Assembly: GCF_016432865.1 (NCBI RefSeq)
Contig: NC_067399.1
Coordinates: forward strand, 407,898,001-407,962,000
Origin: Antechinus flavipes
Taxonomy: Eukaryota
Reading direction: 5' to 3'
Length of the DNA stretch: 64,000 bases
The notes below the pieces were generated by a model. The model worked only from the letters and a program-made list of their open reading frames with translations. It was not told the DNA's origin and searched no databases. Of this stretch, positions 48,007 to 60,442 are shown piece by piece (positions within the stretch are counted from its first letter, which is position 1; each line of letters begins with the position of its first letter). A program made the translations under genes and the position numbers.

Positions 48007-51000
48007 AACAAAAAGTTAGGTATAAATAGACCAAGAAGTAATTGGAAACTAAATAATCTCATCTTAAAGAATGATTGGGTGAAACAGCAAATTATAGACA
48101 CAATTAATAATTTCACTCAAGATAATGACAATTGTGAGACATCATACCAAAATTTATGGGATGCAGTCAAAGCCGTAATAAGGGGAAATTTTATATCCTT
48201 AGAGGCTTACTTGAATAAAATAGAGAAAGAAAAGATCAATGAATTGGGCCTGCAACTTAAAAAGTTAGAAAAAGACCAAATTAAAAACCCCCAATCAATT
48301 ACTAAATTTGAAATTCTAAAATTAAAAGGAGAAATTAATAATATAGAAAGTAAAAAAAAAACTATTGAACTAATAAATAAAACTAAGAGTTTGTTTTATG
48401 AAAAAAACAATAAAATTGATAAACCTTTGGTAAATCTGATTAGAAAAAGGAGAGAGGGAAATCAAATTAGTAGTCTTAAAAATGAAAAGGGAGAACTTTC
48501 CACCAATGAAGAGGAAATTAAAGAAATAATAAGGGGTTACTTTATTCAACTTTATGCATAAATTTGATAACTTAAGTGAAATGGATGACTACCTCCAAAA
48601 ATATAGGCTTCCCAGATTATCAGAGGAGGAAGTAAATTACTTAAATATTCCCATTTCAGAAAAAAAAATAGAAGAAGCTATTAATCAATTCCCTAAAAAA
48701 AAAAATCCCCGGGACCAGATGGATTTACATGTGAATTCTACCAAACATTCAAAGAACAATTAGCCCCAATGCTTTATAAACTATTTGAAAAAATAGGGAA
48801 TGAAGGAGTCCTACCAAATTCCTTTTATGACACAGACATGGTACTGATACCTAAACCAGGTAGGTTGAAAACAGAGAAAAGAAAATTATAGACCAATCTC
48901 CCTAATGAATATTGATGCTAAAATCTTAAATAAGATATTAGCAAAAAGACTCCAGAAAATCATCCTCAGGATAATACACCACGATCAAGTAGGATTTATA
49001 CTAGGAATGCAGGGCTGGTTCAATATTAGGAAAACTATTAATATAATTGGCCATATTAACAATCAAATTAACAAAAACCATATGATCATCTCAATAGATG
49101 CAGAAAAGGCATTTGATAAAATCCAACATCCATTCCTATTAAAAACTCTTGAGAGTATAGGAATAAATGGACTTTTCCTTAAAATAATCAGGAGCATCTA
49201 TTTAAAACCAGCAGTAAGCATCATATGTAACGGGGACAAACTGCAACCATTCCCAATAAGATTAGGAGTGAAACAAGGTTGCCCACTATCACCGTTACTA
49301 TTTAATATTGTATTAGAAATGCTAGCTTTGGCAATAAGAGTTGAGAAAGAGATTAAAGGAATAAGAATAGGCAATGAGGAAACCAAATTATCACTCTTTG
49401 CTGATGATATGATGGTATACTTAGAGAATCCTAGAGACTCTACTAAAAAGTTATTAGAAACAATCCACACAAAGTTGCAGGATACAAAATAAACCCACAT
49501 AAGTCATCAACATTCTTATACATCACTAACAAAACCTAACAGTTAGAGTTACAAAAAGAAATTCCATTTAAAGTAACTACTGATTGTATAAAATATTTAG
49601 GAATCTATCTGCCAAGGGAAAATCAGAAACTTTATGAGCAAAACTACAAAACACTTTCCACATAAATTAAGTCTGATCTAACCAACTGGAAAAATATTAA
49701 ATGCTCTTGGATTGGGCGAGCAAATATAATAAAGATGACCATACTACTTAAACTAATCTATTTATTTAGCACTATATCAATCAGACTCCCAAAAAACTAC
49801 TCTGATGACCTAGAAAAAATAACAACAAAGTTCATATGGAAAAACAAAAGGTCAAGAATTTCAAGGGAATTAATGAAAAAAAAAATGAAATGAAGGTGGC
49901 CTAGCTGTACCAGATCTAAAATTATATTATAAAGCAGCAGTTACTAAAACCATCTGGTATTGGCTAAGAAATAGACTGGTTGATCAATGGAATAGGTTAG
50001 GTTCAAAGGACAAAACAGCCAATAACTTTAATAATCTAGTGTTTGACAAACCCAAAGACCCCAGTTTTTGGGATAAGAATGCAGTATTTGACAAAAATTG
50101 CTGGGAAAATTGGAAATTAGTATGGCAGAAACTAGGCCTTGACGCACACTTGACGTACACCAAGATAAGGTCAAAATGGGTTCATGACCGAGGCATAAAG
50201 AATGAGATTATAAATAAATTGGAAGAGCATAGGATAGTTTACCTCTCAGACCTGTGGAAAAGGGAGGAATTTATGACCAAAGAAGAACTATAGATCACTA
50301 TTGACCATAAAATAGAAAATTTTGATATCAAATTGAAAAGTTTTTGTACAAACAAAACAAATGCAGACAAGATTAGAAGGGAAACAATAAACTGGGAAAA
50401 CATTTTTACAGTCAAAGGTTCTGATAAAAGCCTCATTTCCAAAATATATAGAGAATTGACTCTAATTTATAAGAAATCAAGCCATTCTCCAATTGATAAA
50501 TGGTCAAAGGATATGAACAGACAATTCTCAGACGAAGAAATTGAAACTATTTATAGCCATATGAAAATATGCTCCAAATCATTAGTAATCAGAGAAATGC
50601 AAATTAAGACAACTCTGAGATACCACTACACACCTGTCAGATTAGCTAGAATGACAGGGAAAGACAATGTGGAATGTTGGAGGGGATGTGGGAAAACAGG
50701 GACACTGATATATTGTTGGTGGAATTGTGAACACATCCAGCTATTCTGGAGAGCAATTTGGAACTATGCTCAAAAAGTTATCAAACTGTGCATACCTTTT
50801 GATCCAGTAGTGTTTCTACTGGGCTTATACCCCAAAGAGATACTAAAGAAGGGAAAGGGACCTGTATGTGCCAAAATGTTTGTGGCAGCCCTGTTTGTAG
50901 TGGCTAGAAGCTGGAAAATGAATGGATGCCCATCAGTTGGAGAATGGTTGAGTAAATTGTGGTATATGAACGTTATGGAATATTATTGTTCTGTAAGGAA

Positions 51001-51124
51001 TGACCAGCAGGATGAATACAGAGAGGATTGGCAAGACTTATATAAACTGATGATAAATGAAAGGAGCAGAACCAGGAGATCATTATATACCTCAACAACG
51101 ATACTGTTTGAGGATGTATTCTGA
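48007..51124 (+). pseudogene. L1 ORF2p (end of EN linker, RT, C-terminal Cys-rich region), disabled
   Basis: ORF-track pieces 48079-48561, 48905-49492 ([34 protein letters not shown]) and 50333-51124 (CWRGCGKTGTLIYCWW) lie in shifting frames with stops. Confidence 0.98.
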
Positions 51125-51725
51125 TGGAAGTGGATCTCTTGGATAAAGAGAGCTAATTCAGTTTCAGTTGATCAAGGATGGACAGAAGCAGCTACACTCT
51201 AAGAAAGAACACTGGGAAATGAATATAAATTGCTTGCATTTCTGTTTTTCTTCTCGGGTTATTTATACCTTCTGAATCCAATTCTCCCTGTGCCACAAGA
51301 GAACTGTTCGGTTCTGCACACATATATTGTATCTAGGATATACTGTAACCTATTTAACATATAAAGGACTGCTTGCCATCTGGGGGAGGGGGTAGAGGGA
51401 GAGAGGGGAAAAATCGGAATAGAAGTGAATGCAAGGGATAATGCTGTAAAAAATTACCCTGGCATGGGTTCTATCAGTAAAAAGTTAAAAAAAAAAAACA
51501 AAAAAACAAAAAACAAACAAACAAACAAAAAAGAAATTATATGTATCTAGGATATACTGTAACCTATTTAACATATAAAGGACTGCTTGCCATCTGGGGG
51601 AGGGGGTAGAAGGAGGGAGGGGAAAAATCGGAATAGAAGTGAATGCAAGGGATAATGCTGTAAAAAATTACCCTGGCATGGGTTCTGTCAGTAAAAAGTT
51701 AAAAAAAAAAAAAACAAACAAAAAA
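48007..51725 (+). mobile_element. 5'-truncated marsupial L1 with duplicated 3' end
   Basis: ORF2 homology, 3' UTR and A-rich tails; 15-bp TSD gaaattatatggatc at 47992-48006 and 51726-51740. Confidence 0.98.
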
Positions 51726-51949
51726 GAAATTATATGGATCTACATTAGGGACATGTCAGAGAAAAAAAGGGGATCATATCAAAAAATATGAAGGTAAAAT
51801 TCCCATGACATGGCATTAATAAAACCATGGAACTAGAAAGACTGGTCTTCTGCTACCAAATTACTGATTTGTATCTGACTTGGCAAGAGAATGGCCTCAT
51901 TTAAAATTCTTCAGAATATTTAGATGAGCTATGAATAGGATCAGTCCTA

Positions 51950-52260
51950 TACTTCAGTAAAGCAGGATTCAGATCTCTTTTTCTTAGACTTGAGGATAAA
52001 AATAAGAACCTTGGGTAGAAGATACAAAGATAAGAAATACATTTAGGTTTGATGTAATAAAAAGCAATTTCCTAATAATTAGAGCTATCCAAAAGTAGAA
52101 TGAACTACCTAAGTAGCTAGAGGGCTACCTTTCACTTGAGGTCTTCAAGTGAAGCTTGAATATTTAATTCTCAGTTATATTATAAAGGTGATTCCTATTT
52201 AGTAACAGATGGAAGGATATGACCTTATAGGTCCTTTCCAACTCTCTGATTCTGTAATTG
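51950..52260 (+). mobile_element. L3/CR1 3' end
   Basis: ttcctaataattagagctatccaaaagtagaatgaactacc...cacttgaggtcttcaagtg...gaccttataggtcctttccaactctctgattctg. Confidence 0.85.
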
Positions 52261-52956
52261 AAAAAAGGTAAGCCTATATTGGATAATTTTGATGGATGTT
52301 GTATCCTGCTTCCCTCTTCACACATCTCCAAACTGCCATGATGCTTCAAATTTCCATTGTTGGAATCATTTACTTATACTAAAGCAGTATATCTAGAATG
52401 TTCATGGCAACATACTAGCCTATCAATATGCATTATTAAGATCTTTGAAGTCTAAAACAGAGAACATGACTGATTAAGAGGGGCACATGGTGTGTGTTGG
52501 TAGAAAAACTGAAGATAGGAAAGTTTGGAAGGTAAGGAACTTCCTGGAAAGAAGTCTTTTACAGACATACAAGATGAAAATAAAAATCCTTTGGGCATCC
52601 AGGGACCAATATTTGGCAGAACTGCCAAGAACAGGGGAAAGGGTTCCTGAAGTTATAATGGAGGTTTGCCAAAAGGGGACTTTTCTCCCCGACAGTTAGA
52701 CCTGAATAGAAAAGTTAAAGTCAATCACTTGTCATTAAGAATTTTATGACTTGTTAGAATAGGGGGTATAACAAATGAGTTAATAATTATAAAGTGATTA
52801 GCACAATGTCTGGAACATTGTAAGTACTATTTAAATGTTAGCTGTGTTGTTGATGATGTTGATGATGATAATTCTAGTCATTCTGGGGGTGGAGGGGTCA
52901 TGCTGTTAGACTATTACATCCTACTTTCTTTAATTGCAATCTATTGACTGATATAT

Positions 52957-53030
52957 TCTTTATTTCTAATCTTAAACTGAATTATACTTTAACTGGTATG
53001 TTATTAGCCTACCTAGTTTTTAGATCCTGG
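52957..53030 (+). repeat. 74-bp segment duplicated at 54601-54674
   Basis: 73/74 identical. Confidence 0.95.
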
Positions 53031-54109
53031 CATATGAAGGGAATGTGGGATGTTATTGTATACATTTTAATTAAGATCTGAACTGACGCATGGTGACATG
53101 AGCTGGCTAGTCTCATCTTTACCCAGAATGGTTGTTTAAAAACTGAAACAACTTGATAAAAGATTCATTCCAAACATTAGCTGCATAATGTTAGATGATC
53201 ACAGAATTGTTGATTTCATGAATATAAATGTTGGATTTTAGCCAACTTGTGATTTGATATTAGCTGTGGTTTTAATTCAGTAGTAACATATGTATATGCC
53301 TGCCTGTCTAACTCATTTAATTTCATCTCATTATGAAAGTCAACAGAAATTTTACTTGGCCAATAACTTGTACATTGGTCTGTCCAGAATAACAATGGTT
53401 ATGTCTTAGATATCATCACCTCCTGTTCTCCATCACACAAAGCTCTAATAGGGTGAGCAACTTGGTCCAATAACTATAGTTTTTCCAAAACACAGATTCC
53501 CATTGAAATAAAAGTCATAAAAAGTTGAGAATAAGTATTTAACATTCCTAATGACCTTATTTTCATTGGTCCCAATGATTTCCTTTAGTTCCACTCTGAC
53601 TTTATTTTTAAGGACCTTAGACACACACAAGTTTTAAGTTTCCTAATATGAATACTTTTTTTTTTGTATTTGTCATGATAAAGACCAAAATATATATCCA
53701 GGGTTAAATTATTCAAATGGTTTTATTTGATTAATTTAAACTAAAACAGAAACCCAAAGGAAAGTCAGGATTTCTTAAGCTTTGTATCCTTAGCTTCTGT
53801 CAAAATCGTGTTCTCATCCTTTCCTTCCCCAGTTTTTTTTTTTTTTTCCTTTGCTGTGGGTCACTGATTCTGTGTTTCATTTGGCAGGCTAGAAGAATGA
53901 AAGGAAGGGGAAAAAGCTTCCAAGTCCAACTAGGGATAGGATAGAGGCTTTACTGTGATAATGGGAGGGGTGGTAATTGAGATTTGGGACTTTCCAAATA
54001 GCTGCCAGAAGGACTCTGAAACTCACCATAAAATGTAATTTTGTTTATGGATTTAGTGCCATGAAGCTGGTCTGTAATTTAGAAGAACTTGGATTTTGTC
54101 AAAAAACTC

Positions 54110-57100
54110 ATCTCTTCTTCTCTCCCTCCTNNNNNNNNNNNNNNNNNNNNNNNNNNNNNNNNNNNNNNNNNNNNNNNNNNNNNNNNNNNNNNNNNNNNNN
54201 NNNNNNNNNNNNNNNNNNNNNNNNNNNNNNNNNNNNNNNNNNNNNNNNNNNNNNNNNNNNNNNNNNNNNNNNNNNNNNNNNNNNNNNNNNNNNNNNNNNN
54301 NNNNNNNNNNNNNNNNNNNNNNNNNNNNNNNNNNNNNNTTCTTTTCCTTCCTCCCTGTCTCTCTCTTTCTCTCTCTCTGTGTCTCTTTCTCCATCTCTTC
54401 TTCCCCCCTTTTTTCCCTCCCTCCCCGCTCTCTCTCTGTGTCTCTCTCTCTGTCTCTTCTCCCCCCCTCCCATCTCACTTTCTCTTTCTCTTTCTCTGTG
54501 TGTGTCTTTCTGTGGGTCTCTATCTCTGTCTCTGTGTATGTCTCTCTCCTGTCTCTTCTCCCCTTCTCTCTGTCTCTGTTTCTGTCTCTGTCTCTGTCTC
54601 TCTTTATTTCTAATCTTAAACTGAATTATACTTTAACTGGTATGTTATTAGCCTACCTAGTTTTTAGATCTTGGTNNNNNNNNNNNNNNNNNNNNNNNNN
54701 NNNNNNNNNNNNNNNNNNNNNNNNNNNNNNNNNNNNNNNNNNNNNNNNNNNNNNNNNNNNNNNNNNNNNNNNNNNNNNNNNNNNNNNNNNNNNNNNNNNN
54801 NNNNNNNNNNNNNNNNNNNNNNNNNNNNNNNNNNNNNNNNNNNNNNNNNNNNNNNNNNNNNNNNCNNNNNNNNNNNNNNNNNNNNNNNNNNNNNNNNNNN
54901 NNNNNNNNNNNNNNNNNNNNNNNNNNNNNNNNNNNNNNNNNNNNNNNNNNNNNNNNNNNNNNNNNNNNNNNNNNNNNNNNNNNNNNNNNNNNNNNNNNNN
55001 NNNNNNNNNNNNNNNNNNNNNNNNNNNNNNNNNNNNNNNNNNNNNNNNNNNNNNTCCCCTCCCTGCCTGTTTCTGTCTCTTCACTCCCCCTAATTCCCCC
55101 TCATCCCCGCTCTCCCTCCTAGCACCAGATCCTCTATCATCCCCTTCCGTTCTATCCTTCTTGCCCTAGTAGTCCCTGGGCGGTTGCAAATTCTTACAGC
55201 TGTCCAGCACCAGGCCTGATGTGTCTCTTTTAGACGTGGGGCAGTGGACAATCAATGGCAGAGTACCAAAAAATGATGAATTTTTCTAGGACACTGCACT
55301 CACTCTTTTATAAAACATATTAGTGTTGTTATAAATCAATGAACATGGTTTATAATAGCAATAATGCCCTTGAAATCTGCTAATACTGCCATTGTAGAAT
55401 GGTATGCCAGAGCATTTGCTGCCCTTGGCTTCACCTTGAGCTATTAACTAACAAATCGGTTATTAGCTGGTGGTAATGACCAATTTTCAAGAGATGATTG
55501 CTTAAATATTGCCCACCTTGAAAAGAGAATTATTACTCAACCGAGAACTGAACCCTTATTTTCGACTCAGCAGAGCTAATGATCTTCTCTTACTCCACTG
55601 AGCTACCCACTCCCCCTCCTCGCTGCCCCTCCCCCTCCTCCCTTCCCTTCCCCCATCTCCACCTCCTCCCCCTGGCCTAAGGTGCTCTGGGGATCACATG
55701 GTTACAGAAACCTTCCTTTCTCTGCCTTCTNNNNNNNNNNNNNNNNNNNNNNNNNNNNNNNNNNNNNNNNNNNNNNNNNNNNNNNNNNNNNNNNNNNNNN
55801 NNNNNNNNNNNNNNNNNNNNNNNNNNNNNNNNNNNNNNNNNNNNNNNNNNNNNNNNNNNNNNNNNNNNNNNNNNNNNNTCTCTACTTAAATGCATGTTGG
55901 CGCCATCTCTGTCATTTTAAGCTTGGTATTCTTGTCATCCTTGTGACCTCTCTTTAGACCCATAGTGTGCAGGCTACGCTGAAGACATCAATCTGTCTTT
56001 CTTCCCATATAAATGCTTTAAACACCTATAGCCCACAAATGACTCACAAGATAGAGATTTTTCAAAACAGAAAAAAAGTCACCCTAGAGCTTCAACTGGC
56101 TGGTATTTATGAACCTGATTCTTCTTTTTTTTTTTTTTTTTCCCAAGGTGGTTTCTTGAGTCCCACTGCTACTGACTGACTCCACCAAGCAGAACAGGTT
56201 GGCCATCTGGGCTCTGGCTTTTGTCAGGGGTTTCAGAATTCTCCCTTTCGGATAAGGCTGTACATGCCTGGAAATTGTGGGGGTGGTTACAGGGAGCTGG
56301 GAGGGGAGGACGAAAGGGGCAAGGGGGAGGGATGCAGAGGGAGAGATGGAGCCAACACTGAGCTGGCTGGGAACCGTGCTGCTGTCAAACTGGGGAGCGC
56401 CAAAGCGCTGATTGCCTGGGAGATTGTAATATCCTGGGTCAGGCAAAGCTGTTTTAAGAAATCTGGCAGCACTTTGTAATAAGTGGCAAATCATTCTGAC
56501 TTCCTTCAGTATTCAAAACATTAATCATGCTGAAATCCTTTGTTATTCTGGGGACTGCATCCTGGGTAATTCTATAGGAATTCCATTGTAATTTAGCATT
56601 AATTAATCTCCACTTGATATAAAGTAGTGCCAGAAACCTTTCTATGCATTTGTTCCCTCATAGATCAGTTACCAGCTTTGCTATCCTACTTCATCTGAGG
56701 AGCTGTCACTGTTCCCTCCTTCTCTCTTCCTTTCTTCTTCTATTTCCTTTCCTTTCCNNNNNNNNNNNNNNNNNNNNNNNNNNNNNNNNNNNNNNNNNNN
56801 NNNNNNNNNNNNNNNNNNNNNNNNNNNNNNNNNNNNNNNNNNNNNNNNNNNNNNNNNNNNNNNNNNNNNNNNNNNNNNNNNNNNNNNNNNNNNNNNNNNN
56901 NNNNNNNNNNNNNNNNNNNNNNNNNNNNNNNNNNNNNNNNNNNNNNNNNNNNNNNNNNNNNNNNNNNNNNNNNNNNNNNNNNNNNNNNNNNNNNNNNNNN
57001 NNNNNNNNNNNNNNNNNNNNNNNNNNNNNNNNNNNNNNNNNNNNNNNNNNNNNNNNNNNNNNNNNNNNNNNNNNNNNNNNNNNNNNNNNNNNNNNNNNNN

Positions 57101-57390
57101 NNNNNNNNNNNNNNNNNNNNNNNNNNNNNNNNNNNNNNNNNNNNNNNNNNNNNNNNNNNNNNNNNNNNNNNNNNNNNNNNNNNNNNNNNNNNNNNNNNNN
57201 NNNNNNNNNNNNNNNNNNNNNNNNNNNNNNNNNNNNNNNNNNNNNNNNNNNNNNNNNNNNNNNNNNNNNNNNNNNNNNNNNNNNNNNNNNNNNNNNNNNN
57301 NNNNNNNNNNNNNNNNNNNNNNNNNNNNNNNNNNNNNNNNNNNNNNNNNNNNNNNNNNNNNNNNNNNNNNNNNNNNNNNNNNNNCCTTTT
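54110..57390. repeat. Cluster of plus-strand pyrimidine (CT-rich) tracts with four assembly gaps
   Basis: CT/CTGT tracts at 54339-54600, 55055-55165, 55610-55675 and 56715-56757, next to the N runs. Confidence 0.9.
55535..55612 (-). other. Degenerate tRNA-derived (A-box/B-box) SINE head
   Basis: The reverse complement reads gagtgggtagctcagtggagtaagag...gctctgctgagtcgaaaataagggttcagttctcgg: A box tagctcagtgg, B-box-like ggttcagttc about 40 nt downstream. Confidence 0.4.
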
Positions 57391-57399
57391 ACAAAAATA

Positions 57400-58060
57400 A
57401 GGACACTTTTGGATAAAGCTTAATGCAAGCAAATGAAAGTATTAGGAGGTTGAGAAGGGTAATAGGAGAATCTGGAAATTACCCTGCTAGGTCATTTCTT
57501 AGACAACAGTTAAAAAAGCTAGAAAATTTTATTCCAGAGAACAAAGCCTTAATGTGGGCAGAGGCATCTATTTTCAATAATTTGAAGAACTGTTGTATAG
57601 CAGAGAGAATAGAATTTTTTCTAAGATGCTTCAGAAAGCCAAACTAGGTGTGATAGAATAGAAATAACAGAGAGATAGATTTTGACATAAAAGTAAGTAA
57701 AACATTCTAACAATGAGTGAAATCTTGGCAATGAAACTAGTTGCTTTATGAGATGGTGAATTCTCTGAGACCAGAGATATTCAATCAGATAATGGATTGG
57801 GTATCTGTCAGAAACTACATAGAAGATGTTCTTGCATTGATCACAGGAACATAAATTTGGAGCTGGAAAGGACTTCAGAGGCCATGCAGAGTGAACCCTT
57901 CAGTTTATCAATGAGAAAGCTGAGGCCCATAGAAATTAAACAATTTGATCTAGATTATGCAAGTACTAAGTGTCAGAATTTAACTCTATAGCCAATGCTA
58001 TCTAGAAGGTTATTGGATTAAATTATATCTATGAATTCTTCCAATTCTAAGATTCTGTGA
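57400..58060 (+). mobile_element. L3/CR1 3' fragment with an antisense MIR3 insertion (about 57840-57990)
   Basis: ttttcaataatttgaagaactgttgtatagcagagaga...gagatggtgaattctctg; tail ggattaaattatatctatgaattcttccaattctaagattctgtga. Confidence 0.7.
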
Positions 58061-58659
58061 GCTCAGACACAGACAGACAGTGGCTGACTTAAGACAATCT
58101 TCTTCCCTTCTGGATTTTCCTGCAAAATGAGAAAGCCAACCAGAGGTCAGAGACTATGATCCCTAGCATCTATGTACTAAATAATGAATGCCATTCCAAC
58201 TGCCAAATACCTCTGCAATTTTCTGTTTCTAGATATACAGGAAATTCAAAGAAAATGTACACTGCTACAACCCCTATTTTAAAGGGCTGCTTCAGATTTC
58301 AGAAAGATAACTCAATCATGTTGATATCTGCCGCCTGTCACTAGATAGGGAAGCTGTCAAATTTGGTTGGCTTAGATTTTTGACCTTGCAATGAAAACAA
58401 AGGAATATTTTTATGACCATGTAACAGTCACATTATCTAGACCATGAAATATTGAAGCAGGTCTTTCAGCTACATTAAGATTTTTGAGGCAGGTACTTTT
58501 CCATATGGAGATTTAGATGCTAGTTGAACTAAAAGTTTATTTTTAAAAAATAGGAGTCCTGATAAAATTAGCTTGTCCTAGTGACAGGACCCCAGAGTCT
58601 CTGGACTCTATAAAGGAAATTCATGGAAGAAAGTGAAAATTTGGGTGTTATCTCTTTAT

Positions 58660-58790
58660 ACTTCATTTATTCATCCAACATTTATTAAGTGCCTAATATA
58701 TGCAGAGCACTGTCTTAGGCATTGGGGGAATATGAAGTTTAGTTAAGACATGTTTCTTGCCAACATGGAGCTTAATATTTAATAGGATGT
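58660..58790 (-). mobile_element. L2 3' end
   Basis: ttcatttattcatccaacatttattaagtgcctaatatatgcagagcactgtcttaggcattggggg. Confidence 0.85.
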
Positions 58791-59601
58791 GCTAAATAAG
58801 AGGTAAAATTTTAATTTTTTTTTAAACTAAAGGTAATGCAAATTGCTTAAATAAAGAACATGAGTAAATTCATTAAAAAGGACAATTGTGATGCTCTTTG
58901 AAAATTCTAATTTCCTGGCCAACATTTTCCTTGGTTTAAAGTTTATCTTTGAGGGATTCATCTATGGGGCAGTAAGAAAAGGCTGAAAAACTTAACCAGA
59001 ATTTAGAAATTCTGAGGTCCTTTATTCTGAAGTTTCATTATGATATCCAGGCACATACAGATTCCAATCCTTCCTGATTTATCCAAAGTGAAGAGTTTAG
59101 GGAAAGTAATAGACATAACTCCATGTAGTCCTTAGTCTCACCTTCAATTTGATGTATGTTGACATTCCTCCTTCCTCATAGTCTATCTGTACTCTAACTC
59201 ATAGACCTTTCCTTTGGTAAAAAATTACTTATCTGTAAAATGGGCACAGTCATATTCATAATATAATCTAATATAATCATTATGAAGAAATAGCTTCATT
59301 AATCTAAAGTGTATCAACATGACTCATTTTTATTATTACAATATCCAATCTGTTAGCTTCCCAAGAACATCAAGATCTCAAATTAATTCTTCTTTGTTGC
59401 CATTTTGTACTTCATAGAACTCCATTTGACCCTGTTGGCTGAATTTAGCCTTAAATTTTTCAAAAGAATGGTAATATTATATGAGGCACAAAGGCAATTT
59501 ATGTGGAGGCAAAGAACTAGATCAAATCTTAGCTCTTTATCCCTCTCTAGTCTCAATTTTTTCATCTGTAAAATTAGAAGGCTGGACCCAATGATCTATC
59601 T

Positions 59602-59830
59602 CTTTTTTATTTTTAGTTTTTATTTTCAAAATATATACAAGGATAATTTTTTTTGCCATTGATCCTTGCAAAACCTTGTGTTCCAATTTCTGCTCCTCTT
59701 CCCCTGATCCCTTCCCCCTACATGGCAAGTAATCCAATGTATGTTAAACATGGTAAAAATATATGTAAATCTAAAATAGGCATACATATTATGAAATTAT
59801 CAATGATCTATCTCTATTATAGTCCAGAAA
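59602..59830 (-). mobile_element. L1 3' UTR fragment
   Basis: ttgatccttgcaaaaccttgtgttccaattt...catggcaagtaatccaatgtatgttaaacatgg (antisense of the 39800-40080 type). Confidence 0.85.
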
Positions 59831-60187
59831 ATCAAGTATATTTGTCATGTCCACTCTTTCTCTGCCCCCAAAATTCTAGGCCAGCCTGAACTTGTCTTCA
59901 ATTGGTCCTGTCTCACACTGGTTATATTCTCGATCAGAAGGCAATGAATGCATCCTTTATAGACCACACAACATTTAACATAAAGTGTATCTATTAAGAT
60001 GGAAAGATTATTCGGAAAATACAGCATTGCTTCAGCTGAATATGGCGTCCCTTGCTCCTATACTTGCTAGTGACAGTATACTCCATTGGAAGGATACATT
60101 CATTGGCATGGTAGTAAGGAGTCTCTCAAACAGGAAGAGCCCCTATTTTAAAAATATTTAATATTTTCCTCAGTTACATTTAACACT

Positions 60188-60359
60188 TTTTTTGCATTTG
60201 TTTTTAAAAGTTTTGAATTCCAGATTCTCTCCTTTATCCCTACTCCCAGCTTCCATTAAGAAACATGTGAAATTGTGGAAAACATTTCCATAAAAATCAT
60301 GTTGTGAAAGAAAATATAGATCTAACCCCTCTCCGAAAAAAAGGAAGAAAGGGGGGGGG

Positions 60360-60442
<83 letters not shown>

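Noticed and set aside
48007-51725. Active autonomous L1
   Set aside because: It has no 5' UTR, ORF1 or EN N-terminus, and ORF2 has multiple frameshifts and stops.
54865-54865. Single C inside an N run
   Set aside because: This is a scaffolding or gap-filling artefact with no biological meaning.
55535-55612. Functional tRNA gene
   Set aside because: The acceptor, anticodon and T stems do not pair properly. At most it is a decayed tRNA-derived head.
56084-56494. 136-aa minus-strand Pro/Ser-rich ORF
   Set aside because: Its composition reflects the G-rich plus strand. It ends in a poly-K from an A tract, and I see no homology or splice support.
53977-57432. Long ORFs (up to 357 aa) at 54-57 kb
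   Set aside because: They are artefacts of translating N runs and CT/GA repeats (X, S/L and R/E runs).
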